Positions 20,318-30,509 of a DNA stretch of 64,000 nucleotides are shown piece by piece; the first letter of the stretch is position 1, and each line of letters opens with the position of its first letter. The DNA lies in the NCBI GenBank assembly GCA_030148605.1, contig JASBTD010000016.1, forward strand, positions 8,006-72,005. Direction: 5' to 3'. A program made the translations under genes and the position numbers. The notes beneath the pieces are model-generated. The model ran no database searches, was not told the DNA's origin, and worked only from the letters and a program-made list of their open reading frames with translations. This stretch comes from Erythrobacter sp. (GTDB lineage: Bacteria > Pseudomonadota > Alphaproteobacteria > Sphingomonadales > Sphingomonadaceae).

Positions 20318-21436
20318 ATGCCGTTCCGCATGACAGAGATGGTGGGATGCGAATTCCCGCTGTTTGCCTTTTCGCATTGCCGCGACGTGGTCGCCGCGGT
20401 CAGCCGTGCGGGCGGCTTTGGCGTGCTGGGCGCGGTCAGCTTTACGCCTGAACAGCTTGAGACAGAGCTCAAGTGGATCGACGATAATATCGACGGCAAG
20501 CCTTACGGCGTAGATGTGCTGATCCCCGAAGTTCAGGCAGTCGGCCATTCCGTCACAGCAGACGAAGTGGTCGCAGCGATCCCGCAGCAATACCGCGATT
20601 TTACCCGCCAGATCCTGCGCGAAGCAGGTTTGGACGAAGCGGGCGCGACGCCGCTGGGCGGATCTCAACAGCCCAATACGTCGCTGGGGCAGGAATTGCT
20701 GGAGGTGAGCTTCAATCACCCCGTGCGGCTGATCGCCAATGCGCTGGGCACCGCCCCGCCGCAAATGATCGAAGCCGGCAAACGTCACGGCATTCCCGTC
20801 GCTGCGCTGGTCGGCGCGAAAGAGCATGCGATGAAACAGATCGACGCAGGGGTCGATATCATCGTCGCGCAAGGCGGCGAAGGCGGCGGGCATTGCGGCG
20901 AAGTCTCCACCATTGTGCTGATTCCGGAGGTGCTTCAGGCGATCGAGGAAGCTGGCGCGGACATCCCCGTGCTGGCCGCAGGCGGCATCATGAATGGCAA
21001 GCAGATGGCGGGCATGATGGCGATGGGGGCCGCGGGTGCATGGTGCGGCAGCGTGTGGCTCGCCACGACTGAAGCCGAAACGCACGAAGTTTTCCGCGAG
21101 AAGATGGTGGCCGCCACCAGCCGCGACACGATCCGCTCGAAACACCGCACCGGCAAATATTCGCGCCAGCTGCGTTCGGGCTGGCACGCGATGTGGGAAG
21201 AAGCGGGCTTGCCTGCACTGCCCATGCCGCTGATGATGCTGCTGTCCGAACCTGCCTTGCGCACGATCGACAAGGCGGCGGTGAACGGCAATCCGAAAGC
21301 GCAGGAGCTATGCTCATACTTTGTCGGCCAAGGCGTGGGCCTGGTGCGCGAAGTGACCTCCGCCGGACAGGTAGTGCAGGATTTCAAGGAAGATTTCGCC
21401 GCCGGGTTCGAGAACCTTGCCGGAGCGCTTGAATGA
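20318..21436 (+). CDS. Nitronate monooxygenase / 2-nitropropane dioxygenase family flavoenzyme
   Basis: SRAGGFGVLG, AQGGEGGGHCG, VLAAGGI and AGAWCGSVWL. Confidence 0.88.
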   Translation: MPFRMTEMVGCEFPLFAFSHCRDVVAAVSRAGGFGVLGAVSFTPEQLETELKWIDDNIDGKPYGVDVLIPEVQAVGHSVTADEVVAAIPQQYRDFTRQILREAGLDEAGATPLGGSQQPNTSLGQELLEVSFNHPVRLIANALGTAPPQMIEAGKRHGIPVAALVGAKEHAMKQIDAGVDIIVAQGGEGGGHCGEVSTIVLIPEVLQAIEEAGADIPVLAAGGIMNGKQMAGMMAMGAAGAWCGSVWLATTEAETHEVFREKMVAATSRDTIRSKHRTGKYSRQLRSGWHAMWEEAGLPALPMPLMMLLSEPALRTIDKAAVNGNPKAQELCSYFVGQGVGLVREVTSAGQVVQDFKEDFAAGFENLAGALE

Positions 21437-22758
21437 GCGGTCTGCCTAAAGTCTGCATTATCGGTGCTGGCTGTTCGGGCTTCACCACCGCCAAGCGGCT
21501 GAAGGATTACGGCATCCCCTTCGACGTATTCGAAGCGTCCGACGATATCGGCGGCACCTGGTATTACGGCAATCCGAACGGCATGTCGGCCTGCTATCAG
21601 AGCCTGCATATCGACACCTCGAAATGGCGGCTCGCGTTCGAGGATTATCCGGTGCCGAAAGACTGGCCCGACTATCCGCACCACGCGCAATTGCTGCAAT
21701 ATTTCCACGATTACGTCGACCATTTCGGCTTGCGCGGAAACATCACTTTCAACACGCGCGTCGAACTAGCGCACAGGCGCGCCAGCGGCGGATGGGACAT
21801 CACGCTCTCGACCGGTGAAACCCGCCAGTATGACGCGCTGGTGGTCGCCAATGGTCACCACTGGGCGGCGCGCATTCCGGACTATCCCGGCGAGTTTACC
21901 GGTGAACAGTTCCACTCGCACAGCTATCGCAGCCCGTTCGAGCCCGCCAATTGCGTGGGCAAGCGCGTGCTGGTGGTGGGTATGGGCAATTCGGCGATGG
22001 ATATCGCCAGCGAGCTCTCGCAGCGCCCGATTGCCGAGCAGCTGTTCGTCTCGACGCGCCGCGGCGTGTGGATTTTCCCGAAATACTATCGCGGCCAGCC
22101 GCTCGACAAGAACCCGGCCCCGGCCTGGATGCCCAAGCGGGTGCGCCAGTGGATCGGTGGGAGGATCATCCGCAAGCTGGTGGGCCGGATGAGCGATTAT
22201 GGCCTGCCCGAGCCCGAGATCGGCCCGTTCGAAAGCCATGGCACTGTCTCGGGCGAATTCCTGCTGCGCGCGGGTTCGGGCGACATCACCATGAAAGGTG
22301 CAATCGAGCGGCTTGATGGCGATGGCGTCGTCTTCGCCGATGGTTCGCGCGAACAGGTTGACGTGATCATCTGGGCGACCGGCTATGACATCGCCTTCCC
22401 CTTCTTTGACGAACCATCGTTCAAGGCTGATGCCGACAATCGCCCGCCGCCGCTGTTCAAGCGGATCATGAAGCCCGATGTCCCGGACCTGTTCTATCTC
22501 GGCCTGGCCCAGCCATTGCCCACGCTGGTGAATTTCGCCGAGCAACAGTCAAAGCTGGTCGCCGCTTTCCTTGCAGGCCAATATGCCCCGCCTTCAGCGG
22601 ACGAGATGCACCGCATCATCGAGGCAGATGAAGAATATCACACCGGGCAATATTACAAGGCGCGGCGGCACACGATCCAGCTCGACTTTGACCACTATGT
22701 GCGTGACTTGCTGAAAGAGATCGAGCGCGGCGAGCGAAGGGCAAAGGTCGCCGCCTGA
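21433..22758 (+). CDS. Flavin-containing monooxygenase (FMO)
   Basis: IIGAGCSG, GGTW, FTGEQFHSHSYR (FxGxxxHxxxY) and VGMGNSA; ATGA overlap with the upstream gene. Confidence 0.9.
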   Translation: MSGLPKVCIIGAGCSGFTTAKRLKDYGIPFDVFEASDDIGGTWYYGNPNGMSACYQSLHIDTSKWRLAFEDYPVPKDWPDYPHHAQLLQYFHDYVDHFGLRGNITFNTRVELAHRRASGGWDITLSTGETRQYDALVVANGHHWAARIPDYPGEFTGEQFHSHSYRSPFEPANCVGKRVLVVGMGNSAMDIASELSQRPIAEQLFVSTRRGVWIFPKYYRGQPLDKNPAPAWMPKRVRQWIGGRIIRKLVGRMSDYGLPEPEIGPFESHGTVSGEFLLRAGSGDITMKGAIERLDGDGVVFADGSREQVDVIIWATGYDIAFPFFDEPSFKADADNRPPPLFKRIMKPDVPDLFYLGLAQPLPTLVNFAEQQSKLVAAFLAGQYAPPSADEMHRIIEADEEYHTGQYYKARRHTIQLDFDHYVRDLLKEIERGERRAKVAA

Positions 22759-22767
22759 GACATGTGA

Positions 22768-23556
22768 TCAACCGGCCGCAATGTCCAGCGGGCGCTGTTG
22801 CTGCGAGCTGTCTTCGCTCCATTCGAGCTTGCGATAATCGAACTGCGCTTCAAGCATTGGTTTGACGACTCTGAAATACGGCGAAACGTCAAAATCGCGC
22901 GGCGTGAACAGGCTGTGGTGTCGGATATGCAGGATCTCGCGCGCGCAATCGGCGCAGTCCGGATCGTCACCCCGATAAAGTTCGAGATGCGGCAGGATCG
23001 GATAGCGGATCGACTGGAATGCCTGCGCAATCAGAGTGGAACAGATAGCCTTGGTTGGCTCGCCACTACCAAAGGCGATCATCCTGCGCCGCCACGCCGT
23101 GGGCACCGGCGGTGTCGGCAGAAGGTAGCGCGCCAGATCGATCACATTGGCCAGATCATATTCATCGCCAATCCGATCAGTGACGAATTTCACCACCGCG
23201 TCCACTTCTGCCGCGGTCAGCCCGACAGGTCGGCAAAGCCTGCTATGCAGGCCGGCAAATTCAGAAAGTGAGACTTGCCGCACCCCGTCCTTGACATCGG
23301 CCTCCACGAATTGCGGCAGAAGGCCCGCAGCCTCGTCGCCTTGCGAAACGCAAATCGCGGCATGGGACCAGGTCGATTGCGTAAGGTACTTGATTGCAGT
23401 GCTGATCCGGTGCCGCCCTTCGACCAGCAGCACGTCGGCAGGTCTGACCGCACGGGCCAACACCCCCATATCGGTCGGCATGCTGGCGCTTGGGGTGGAT
23501 GCCGGAGCAGTCAGGAACCCGGCCAGCCAGCGGCCCAGGGGGCGGGACACATCCAT
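22768..23556 (-). CDS. Permuted papain-like NlpC/P60 (YiiX/YebB-like) hydrolase
   Basis: PADVLLVEG, STWSHAAI (His), YDLANV and AICSTLIAQAF (Cys). Confidence 0.8.
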   Translation of the reverse strand: MDVSRPLGRWLAGFLTAPASTPSASMPTDMGVLARAVRPADVLLVEGRHRISTAIKYLTQSTWSHAAICVSQGDEAAGLLPQFVEADVKDGVRQVSLSEFAGLHSRLCRPVGLTAAEVDAVVKFVTDRIGDEYDLANVIDLARYLLPTPPVPTAWRRRMIAFGSGEPTKAICSTLIAQAFQSIRYPILPHLELYRGDDPDCADCAREILHIRHHSLFTPRDFDVSPYFRVVKPMLEAQFDYRKLEWSEDSSQQQRPLDIAAG

Positions 23557-23559
23557 GCG

Positions 23560-24015
23560 TCAGGCCGATGACATACAGATATGCGATCGCGCCATGTCGC
23601 GCAGCACATCGGTTTCAAGCCGCGCGCTCGCCAAGAGGCTCGCAACCAGGTCGCCAAGCGACACAATGCCGACAACGCGCCCGTCGGCGTGCTGCACGAC
23701 CGAATGCCGTTGCTTGCGGCTGGTCATGCGGTCCATCACCAGCGCAACATCATCGCTGCAGCGGCAATAGAGCATGTTGCGGTACATGAAGTCGCCCGCC
23801 GGCCGGGATAACGCTTCGCTGCCCAATCGTGCCAAAGCACCAATCAATTCACCCTGCGATAGCAGCCCGACGATGCGGTTGCCATCATTGCCGGTGATCG
23901 CGACCGATCCGATCTTTTCACGCTCCATCGTGGCGACGGCCAGCGCAAGGGGATCGCCTTCCCCAAGCACTGCCAAAGCGTTTCCCTTGCGATCGACGAT
24001 CTCGGAAATTTTCAT
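23560..24015 (-). CDS. CBS-domain protein
   Basis: Tandem CBS repeats (IGSVAI...IVGLLSQGEL; RHSVV...VVGIVSLGDLV). Confidence 0.85.
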   Translation of the reverse strand: MKISEIVDRKGNALAVLGEGDPLALAVATMEREKIGSVAITGNDGNRIVGLLSQGELIGALARLGSEALSRPAGDFMYRNMLYCRCSDDVALVMDRMTSRKQRHSVVQHADGRVVGIVSLGDLVASLLASARLETDVLRDMARSHICMSSA

Positions 24016-24150
24016 GGCAAGCTCCTTAAATACCGGGCCCTCATACGGAAATTCGCCGATTGAGAGCCTACGGTTACAGATGGCGCTTGCATCTCGCGCG
24101 TCAGCGCGACGGCGCTTTGACGCTTGGCCAGATTTGGCTAGTCTAGTGCA

Positions 24151-25044
24151 ATGCTGAAAATCGCCCCCCTGTTTGCTGCAATTGCGTTGGTCGCCACGCC
24201 TTCGCTCAATGCCGAACATCCGCGCGTGATCGACAAGCTGCCTGTGCTGGCCGACACCGAGCACATCGAGCATCTCTCCCCCGCGCTTGAACGCCCGTTC
24301 CAGATATTCATCAAGCGCCCTGACATCGCACCGCCCGAAGGCGAGCCAGTGCCGGTAATCTACGTGCTTGACGCGGATCAGGCCTTCCCGCTGCTGGCGA
24401 GCTACAGCTGGTCGCTCACTTTCAGCGAGGAAATGCCGCCATCGGTGATCGTGGGCATCGGCTATGGATCGATCGAGAGCGGCGTCAATTTCCGCAGCAA
24501 GGATTACACCGTTCCACGCGAAGACAATGATTTTGCCGGCGGCGCTGAAGCCTTTCTTGGCATGGTAGAAACCGAAATCATGCCGCTGGTCGAGAGCAAG
24601 CTGGGCGCTGAGGTTGGCAAGCGCACGCTGGTCGGCCAGTCATTGGGCGGGCATTTCGTGCTTTACCAGGCGCTGAGCAAACCCGGCCTGTTTGACCTGG
24701 GCGTTGCGATCAATCCCGCGATCCATAACAGTCCCGAATGGTTCATGGAAAAGCTCGATGAGCTCGAACCGTCACAGCCCGCGCAATCACTGTTCATCTC
24801 CATGGCTGACAATGATGTACCGCGCTTTGCTGTGCCCGGGCGAGCCTTTGTGAGTGCATTGGCGGACAAGCAGGATTTGCCGTTTTGTGTCCGAGCGGAA
24901 TGGCTCAGTGATCACATGCATTTGACCAGCATGCCACGCGCCTTCCGCCAGGCGATGCGGTGGCAAGGCCGGGCGGAGCCGGAATGCGGCATGATCGATC
25001 CGGAAATCATCGCAGCGCACGCGCGCGATGCAGCGAGCGAATAG
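24151..25044 (+). CDS. Exported alpha/beta-hydrolase (putative esterase, IroE/Fes-like)
   Basis: PVIYVLDAD, VIVGIGY, RSKDYT and nucleophile GQSLGG. Confidence 0.8.
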   Translation: MLKIAPLFAAIALVATPSLNAEHPRVIDKLPVLADTEHIEHLSPALERPFQIFIKRPDIAPPEGEPVPVIYVLDADQAFPLLASYSWSLTFSEEMPPSVIVGIGYGSIESGVNFRSKDYTVPREDNDFAGGAEAFLGMVETEIMPLVESKLGAEVGKRTLVGQSLGGHFVLYQALSKPGLFDLGVAINPAIHNSPEWFMEKLDELEPSQPAQSLFISMADNDVPRFAVPGRAFVSALADKQDLPFCVRAEWLSDHMHLTSMPRAFRQAMRWQGRAEPECGMIDPEIIAAHARDAASE

Positions 25045-25047
25045 GCC

Positions 25048-26871
25048 TTAGCCCCCCACCCAGATCGGCGAACTCCAGGCGCGTTCCTGGACGGATAGCG
25101 GCAGGTCCTCGCGCACCGGCATGCCCAACCGGTTCGCTTCCCAGGTCGACCAGCGACAGGTCGGGCGCTCGATCACACGCAGGTAGTAAAAGGCACGGCG
25201 CGCCGGATCATAGTCCGGGTCCTGCCAGCGTATCTTGAGCTGCGCCGCGCCATAATTCTGCGGAATTGCGCATGTGGCGGGATCAAGCGTTGCGCCTTGC
25301 GAAGCGCAACGATGCGTGCGGCTGTCAGGCGCTCCAACGGCACAGGCAATGTCATAGACCTGCTCGCGCAGCTCGCCATCGCCATCCACCCAGCCGCGAA
25401 CGACCTGCAGCCGTTCAAGCCCGGCGCTGTCCGGATCTTTCATCGCTTCGGCAAGGAAGGTTGGAGCACCCTCGCCGCGCCCTTTCAGGTCGCCGCCCAT
25501 CGGCACCCCACCGGCATAGGCAAGGCGCGCGAAATCCGCGCGCTCAAAGATGTCGGCTGGGTAACCATGCCCTGCAAACAGCCGCGCCATGATGCGCGGG
25601 CCGGAAGTCGCAAAAGTCTCTTTGCGGCGAAAAGCGGCGTAGATATCCTCGCGGTTGTTCTGCTCGGCCCAGACGCCGGCAAGCCCCGCCGCGCTCCATT
25701 TGTAAAACGGCGTAGCGGCGGACCCCTGCAGCTGATCTTCGCCTTCGAACACCACCGCACGGCGCCCTTCAGGCGTGCCGTCAAGCGCGCCGGTCTTGCC
25801 GAAGAAGTTCTCTTCATCGAGCGGGCCGCCGCCATTATGTGTGTCAGACGATCCGATCAGCCCGAATTTGTAGGGGTTCACCCCCAGCTGCTGCTCCAGC
25901 GTAAGCCCGCGCTGCAAGGCTTCGCGAACATAGCTGCCGCTGGTCTTGCCTTGGCGCAAAGTGCCAATCAGCGTCTCATAGACTTCGAAATTGGCCCATT
26001 CGTCATTGGGCGACAGCATGGGATGCGTTTCCGATGTGCCTTTGACCTGGCTCATCTCGACAATCGGCTCGTTGCGCATCCGCGTGGCGGCATATTCGGC
26101 TGTGATCGGGCCGCCATCATAGGTCGTCATCTCGAACATCTTGCCGTTCGAAACGTTCGAATTGTGCGGGATAGCCAGCCCTTCGATGCCCTTGGCACAC
26201 AAAGCATCGAGCCACGCCCACATATCCTCCGGATTGCGCGAATCGAACATGCTATAAGGCAGATCGGGGGTGTTCACCCCGCGGAACAGCACGATCCGGT
26301 GCAGGTTCTGGTAATCGGGCGCAGAAGTATATTCATAACCGTGGAAGGTGGTGAATTTGCCCGGCTCGTAATGGCGTTCAGTCGCGGCCTTTGTCTCTGC
26401 CCAGGTTGCGCGCATCACATCCTTGTTGTTGAGCTCTTCCAGCGGCTTGCCATCGCGCATGCTGCTGACGACGCGGTCGAAAGCTGCCGCGATCTTGCTG
26501 CGAACGGTCGAGAACATGTCAGCGGCATATTCGATCAACGACATCGGGCTGGCCGGATCGTGCATCGCGGGCAGCACGCCGATATATTCAGCGTGATCAG
26601 TCACAGCGTAAAAGTCGAGCGCGCCGCCTTTGAGCGCGATCTCATAGCCGGCCATATGGCGGATCTTCTCGCCGCGCGCGAAGCGATAGGCATCGTCTGG
26701 GTTTGCGCGGATTCCGAAGATATAGGCGTCAAACGAATTGCGTGTGTGCACATGCACATCGCCAAACAGCGCTTGCCTGCGTTCGGGCGTGTCCGCCTGC
26801 GCAGGAAATGCCGGTGCCAGCAGAGCCGCCCCTGCCAGCAAACCGCCGATCAAACGCATCCTGTGCGCCAT
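25048..26871 (-). CDS. DUF3604-domain protein (PHP-like metalloprotein), exported
   Basis: ALFGDVHVHT..SFDAY, LDFYAVTDHAE, NLHRIVLF, IPHNSN, GSSDTH and QERAWSSPIW. Confidence 0.85.
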   Translation of the reverse strand: MAHRMRLIGGLLAGAALLAPAFPAQADTPERRQALFGDVHVHTRNSFDAYIFGIRANPDDAYRFARGEKIRHMAGYEIALKGGALDFYAVTDHAEYIGVLPAMHDPASPMSLIEYAADMFSTVRSKIAAAFDRVVSSMRDGKPLEELNNKDVMRATWAETKAATERHYEPGKFTTFHGYEYTSAPDYQNLHRIVLFRGVNTPDLPYSMFDSRNPEDMWAWLDALCAKGIEGLAIPHNSNVSNGKMFEMTTYDGGPITAEYAATRMRNEPIVEMSQVKGTSETHPMLSPNDEWANFEVYETLIGTLRQGKTSGSYVREALQRGLTLEQQLGVNPYKFGLIGSSDTHNGGGPLDEENFFGKTGALDGTPEGRRAVVFEGEDQLQGSAATPFYKWSAAGLAGVWAEQNNREDIYAAFRRKETFATSGPRIMARLFAGHGYPADIFERADFARLAYAGGVPMGGDLKGRGEGAPTFLAEAMKDPDSAGLERLQVVRGWVDGDGELREQVYDIACAVGAPDSRTHRCASQGATLDPATCAIPQNYGAAQLKIRWQDPDYDPARRAFYYLRVIERPTCRWSTWEANRLGMPVREDLPLSVQERAWSSPIWVGG

Positions 26872-26956
26872 GTCCCCTCTCCCCTTTGTCTCCCGCGCCA
26901 TTGGTGCGCTGCGAATGCGCGAATGTCCAGCGTCGCGCACCCGGCAGTTTATGTGA

Positions 26957-28231
26957 TCATTCGATCACGCGGCCGCGCACCATCACCCAGTCGACATTTT
27001 CCAGCACCGCCACATCATCAAGCGGATTGCCTTTCACCGCGATGATATCTGCCGAATAGCCCGGCGCGATCCGCCCGATCTCTTTCTCCATGCCCAGCAC
27101 TTCAGCCGCATGGCTTGTCGCGCTGGCGAGCACTTCCTTGTTGCTCATCCCGCCCTTGCGCATCAGCGCGAGCTCGCCTGCGTTGAGCCCGTGCTCGAAC
27201 ACGCCGGCATCGGTGCCGAAAGCCACCTTCACATCATACATCAGCGCGCGTTCGACAATGCTTTCGGCAAAGGCGGAAACCTGGCGCACTTTCTCTTCCA
27301 CAACGGGTGTGTAGATGCCTTGGCCGAGCCGCTGCTTGATGCCCTGGAATGCCATCAAGGTCGGCACCAGGATCGTGCCGTTCTCGCGCATCGCCTTGGC
27401 TGCGGCTTCGTCAATATAAGTGCCGTGTTCGATCGTATGCACACCTGCGCGTGCCGCCGCTTCGATCCCGCGCGCGCCGTGCGCATGCGCGGCGACCTTA
27501 AGGCCCAGCGATTGCGCGGTGGCAACAATGCTGCGCATCTCCTGATCGCTGAAATGCGCTTCCAACCCGCGCCCCTGCTGGCTCAGCACGCCGCCAGTGG
27601 CAGTGATCTTGATCAGGTCCGCACCATACTTCGAAGCCAGCCGCACTTTTTCAGCGCATTCAACGGGACCGGTGCAGGAGAAATCATTGTCCAGCGCATC
27701 ATTCACATGCTCGCTAAAGCCGTTCACGTCGCCATGCCCGCCAACAATCGCAATCGTGCGCGCAGAGGTGACGATGCGCGGCCCCGGAATGAAGCCTTCT
27801 TCGGTCGCCCGGCGCAATGACTGCGTGACCTGGTCTGACCGTGAGCCAAGATCGCGCACAGTGGTGAAGCCTGCCAGGGCGGTGATCCGTGCATTCTTGG
27901 CGGCGATGAAGGAATACCATTCAGCCGGATAGACCGCTGCGTTGCGATAATCGGTGCCGGGATCGCCCGACAGATGGGTATGCAGATCGATCAGGCCCGG
28001 CAGCACGATATGCTCGTCAAGATGAACCATGGTCGCGCCTTCGGGCGTAGGCGTGAAGCCATCTTCGATGCTCACGATCTTGCCATCTGTGACAGTGATC
28101 GTTGCAGGGCCAGTCGGCTGGCTCGAAGCATCGGTCAGCACCCCGCCAGCGTGGATGATAGTTGTATCCGCCACCGCCGGCACAGCTGCAAGCGCTGCCG
28201 CAGCAGCAATCAATCCTGAAAATACGCGCAT
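26957..28231 (-). CDS. Amidohydrolase family protein (Xaa-Pro dipeptidase-like), exported
   Basis: PGLIDLHTH, GFTTVRDLG, VAAHAHG, TIEHG, FGTDAG and ADIIAV.GNPL. Confidence 0.88.
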   Translation of the reverse strand: MRVFSGLIAAAAALAAVPAVADTTIIHAGGVLTDASSQPTGPATITVTDGKIVSIEDGFTPTPEGATMVHLDEHIVLPGLIDLHTHLSGDPGTDYRNAAVYPAEWYSFIAAKNARITALAGFTTVRDLGSRSDQVTQSLRRATEEGFIPGPRIVTSARTIAIVGGHGDVNGFSEHVNDALDNDFSCTGPVECAEKVRLASKYGADLIKITATGGVLSQQGRGLEAHFSDQEMRSIVATAQSLGLKVAAHAHGARGIEAAARAGVHTIEHGTYIDEAAAKAMRENGTILVPTLMAFQGIKQRLGQGIYTPVVEEKVRQVSAFAESIVERALMYDVKVAFGTDAGVFEHGLNAGELALMRKGGMSNKEVLASATSHAAEVLGMEKEIGRIAPGYSADIIAVKGNPLDDVAVLENVDWVMVRGRVIE

Positions 28232-28370
28232 ATAATCCTCTCTTTCGGGACCTGTGATGCGCTTTATGCATTGATCACACAAGAGTGCGTTGAACCGGCT
28301 TCGCATTGAATTTCACAGCGCAGCCGTTATCAGGCCGCGTAACAGTCAAACACGAGAGGACAATTTTCCC

Positions 28371-30443
28371 ATGAACCGCCTTGCGCTTTCTGCTGCGACA
28401 CTTTTCGCTTCTGTCTCAATCGCTGCGACTGCCGCAGCGCGACCGATGACGCCGGAAGACGTCGCCAAGCTTGAGAGTGTGGGTGCCATCGCTGTGTCGC
28501 CTGACGGCTCGCGGATTGCTTTTACCACGGCAAGCCTGCCTGATGTGACGGAAGGCGAAGACAATGGCGGTTTCGAACAGGTCCTGAAGGTGGCCGCCGG
28601 ACCTGATCAGGCGACAGTCTATCTGCCGGACGATGTCAGCCCTTCCGGTGTGCAGTTCTCGCCTGATGGCAGCATGGTGAGCTTTACCTGGGCCGCGGAA
28701 GATGAAGACCGTGCAGTCTGGGCTGTGCCTGTCGCCGGCGGTACCTATCGCAAGCGGGCGGAAGTCGAAGACAGCGATGTCCTGTCCTATGTCTGGGGGC
28801 CAGACGGCAACAGCATCTTCCTGCTCGCCAGCGCGGCGGAAGACAAGCAGCGCACCAAACAGCGCAAGGCCGGTTTCAACTCAGTCGTTTATGAAGAGGA
28901 AGCGCGCCTGCGCCGCCTGTTCGAAGCCCGGATCGGCGAGGAAATTGACGCGGAGCCGCGCGAGATCCCTGTCCCTGCTTACGTTACCGCGTTTGACATT
29001 ACCCCTGATGGCAAGACCGGCATCGTGCAGAGCAAGCCGACCCCGCAAATCGATGACACTTACACATCGCTGCGCGTCCACATCATCGACCTGGCAGACG
29101 GCAATGTAAAAGCGATCGTGCCGACACCGGGCAAGCTGGGCGATGTCGAAGTGTCGCCTGACGGCACGCAGCTTTCCATGATCGCCGGGGTCGACAAGAA
29201 TGACCCGGCAGAAACCACGCTGCATCTCGTCGATGTCGCAACCGGCCAATATCGCGCGCTGAACGAAGGTGCAGCCGAAGCGACCGTGGATGCCGAATGG
29301 ATGACCAACGGACGCCTTGCCACGGTAATCCATGTTGGTGCGCAAAGCCTGCTGCGCATTTACAATGCCGATGGCAGCGTGTGGCGCGAAGTCGATCCGG
29401 GCGCGCTGATCCTGACCAGCGTCGAATCTGCGGGAGGCCGGCTTGCTGTTTCAGCCAATGCGCCAACGCATCCGACCGAATTGTTTGTCTGGAATCCCAG
29501 AGCCCGTTCGAATGCATTCGAGCGCTGGACCACGCATAACCCGTGGCTGTCCGAAATCACTTTCGGCACGCAGCGCACCTATAGCTACACCGCGCGAGAC
29601 GGGCAGCAGATCGAAGGCGTGCTGATCGAGCCGGTCGGTGGCATACCGGAAGGCGGCGCGCCGACCATCATGAATGTCCACGGCGGGCCTGAAGCGCATG
29701 AATCAAACGGTTGGCAAACCGCCTATTCGAAGCCCGGACATGTAGCCGCGGCTCAGGGTTATGCCGTGTTCCTGCCGAACTATCGCGGCTCGACCGGCTA
29801 CGGCACGGCCTTCTCCAAGCAGCACCAGGGCAATTACACCGATCCCGAGTTCACCGATATCGTCGATGCCAAGCGCGCGCTGGTTGCAGAAGGGATCACC
29901 GATCCTGACCGCACCGGCATCACCGGCGGTTCATACGGCGGCTATGCCAGCGCCTGGGGCGCGACATACCATTCAGACGAATATGCCGCATCGGTGATGT
30001 TCGTGGGCATTTCCAACCAGGTCAGCAAATTCGGCACAGGCGACATCCCATACGAGATGTACAACGTTCACAGCCGCGCCTGGCCATGGGATGACTGGAT
30101 GAAGATGCTTGAAGTTTCACCTGTCTATCACGTCGATAAGGCCAATACGCCTACGCTGATCATGCATGGCGAGGAAGACACCCGCGTTGATCCGGGCCAG
30201 AGCCTTGAGCTGTATCGGGCTCTGAAGGTTCGCAAGCCGGATGTGCCGGTGCGACTGGTGTTCTACCCTGGCGAAGGCCACGGCAACCGCATGGCTGCGG
30301 CGCGTTATGACTATAACCTGCGCATGATGGAATGGTTCGACACCTATTTGAAGACCGGCGATCGCAAGGCGCAAATGCCCGCCCCGCGCCCGCAACTGGC
30401 CGAAGGTGCCAAAGGCGCAAAACCGGAAAGCGACGAAGACTAA
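28371..30443 (+). CDS. S9 family (prolyl oligopeptidase/acylaminoacyl) peptidase, exported
   Basis: Beta-propeller repeats, VHGGP, PNYRGSTGYG, GGSYGG, HGEEDTRV and YPGEGHG. Confidence 0.92.
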   Translation: MNRLALSAATLFASVSIAATAAARPMTPEDVAKLESVGAIAVSPDGSRIAFTTASLPDVTEGEDNGGFEQVLKVAAGPDQATVYLPDDVSPSGVQFSPDGSMVSFTWAAEDEDRAVWAVPVAGGTYRKRAEVEDSDVLSYVWGPDGNSIFLLASAAEDKQRTKQRKAGFNSVVYEEEARLRRLFEARIGEEIDAEPREIPVPAYVTAFDITPDGKTGIVQSKPTPQIDDTYTSLRVHIIDLADGNVKAIVPTPGKLGDVEVSPDGTQLSMIAGVDKNDPAETTLHLVDVATGQYRALNEGAAEATVDAEWMTNGRLATVIHVGAQSLLRIYNADGSVWREVDPGALILTSVESAGGRLAVSANAPTHPTELFVWNPRARSNAFERWTTHNPWLSEITFGTQRTYSYTARDGQQIEGVLIEPVGGIPEGGAPTIMNVHGGPEAHESNGWQTAYSKPGHVAAAQGYAVFLPNYRGSTGYGTAFSKQHQGNYTDPEFTDIVDAKRALVAEGITDPDRTGITGGSYGGYASAWGATYHSDEYAASVMFVGISNQVSKFGTGDIPYEMYNVHSRAWPWDDWMKMLEVSPVYHVDKANTPTLIMHGEEDTRVDPGQSLELYRALKVRKPDVPVRLVFYPGEGHGNRMAAARYDYNLRMMEWFDTYLKTGDRKAQMPAPRPQLAEGAKGAKPESDED

Positions 30444-30470
30444 GCCGCTTCAAGCTCGCTGATTTATCGG

Positions 30471-30501
30471 AAGGGCCGCCGACAGTGCGGCCCTTTCTTT
30501 T
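30471..30501. terminator. Intrinsic terminator
   Basis: aagggccgc...gcggcccttt followed by a T-run, between convergent genes. Confidence 0.75.
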
Positions 30502-30509
30502 TGGCCAAT

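Noticed and set aside
25297-27045. 582-aa plus-strand ORF
   Set aside because: It is antisense to the DUF3604 gene and has no recognisable motifs; a shadow ORF from GC-rich codon bias.
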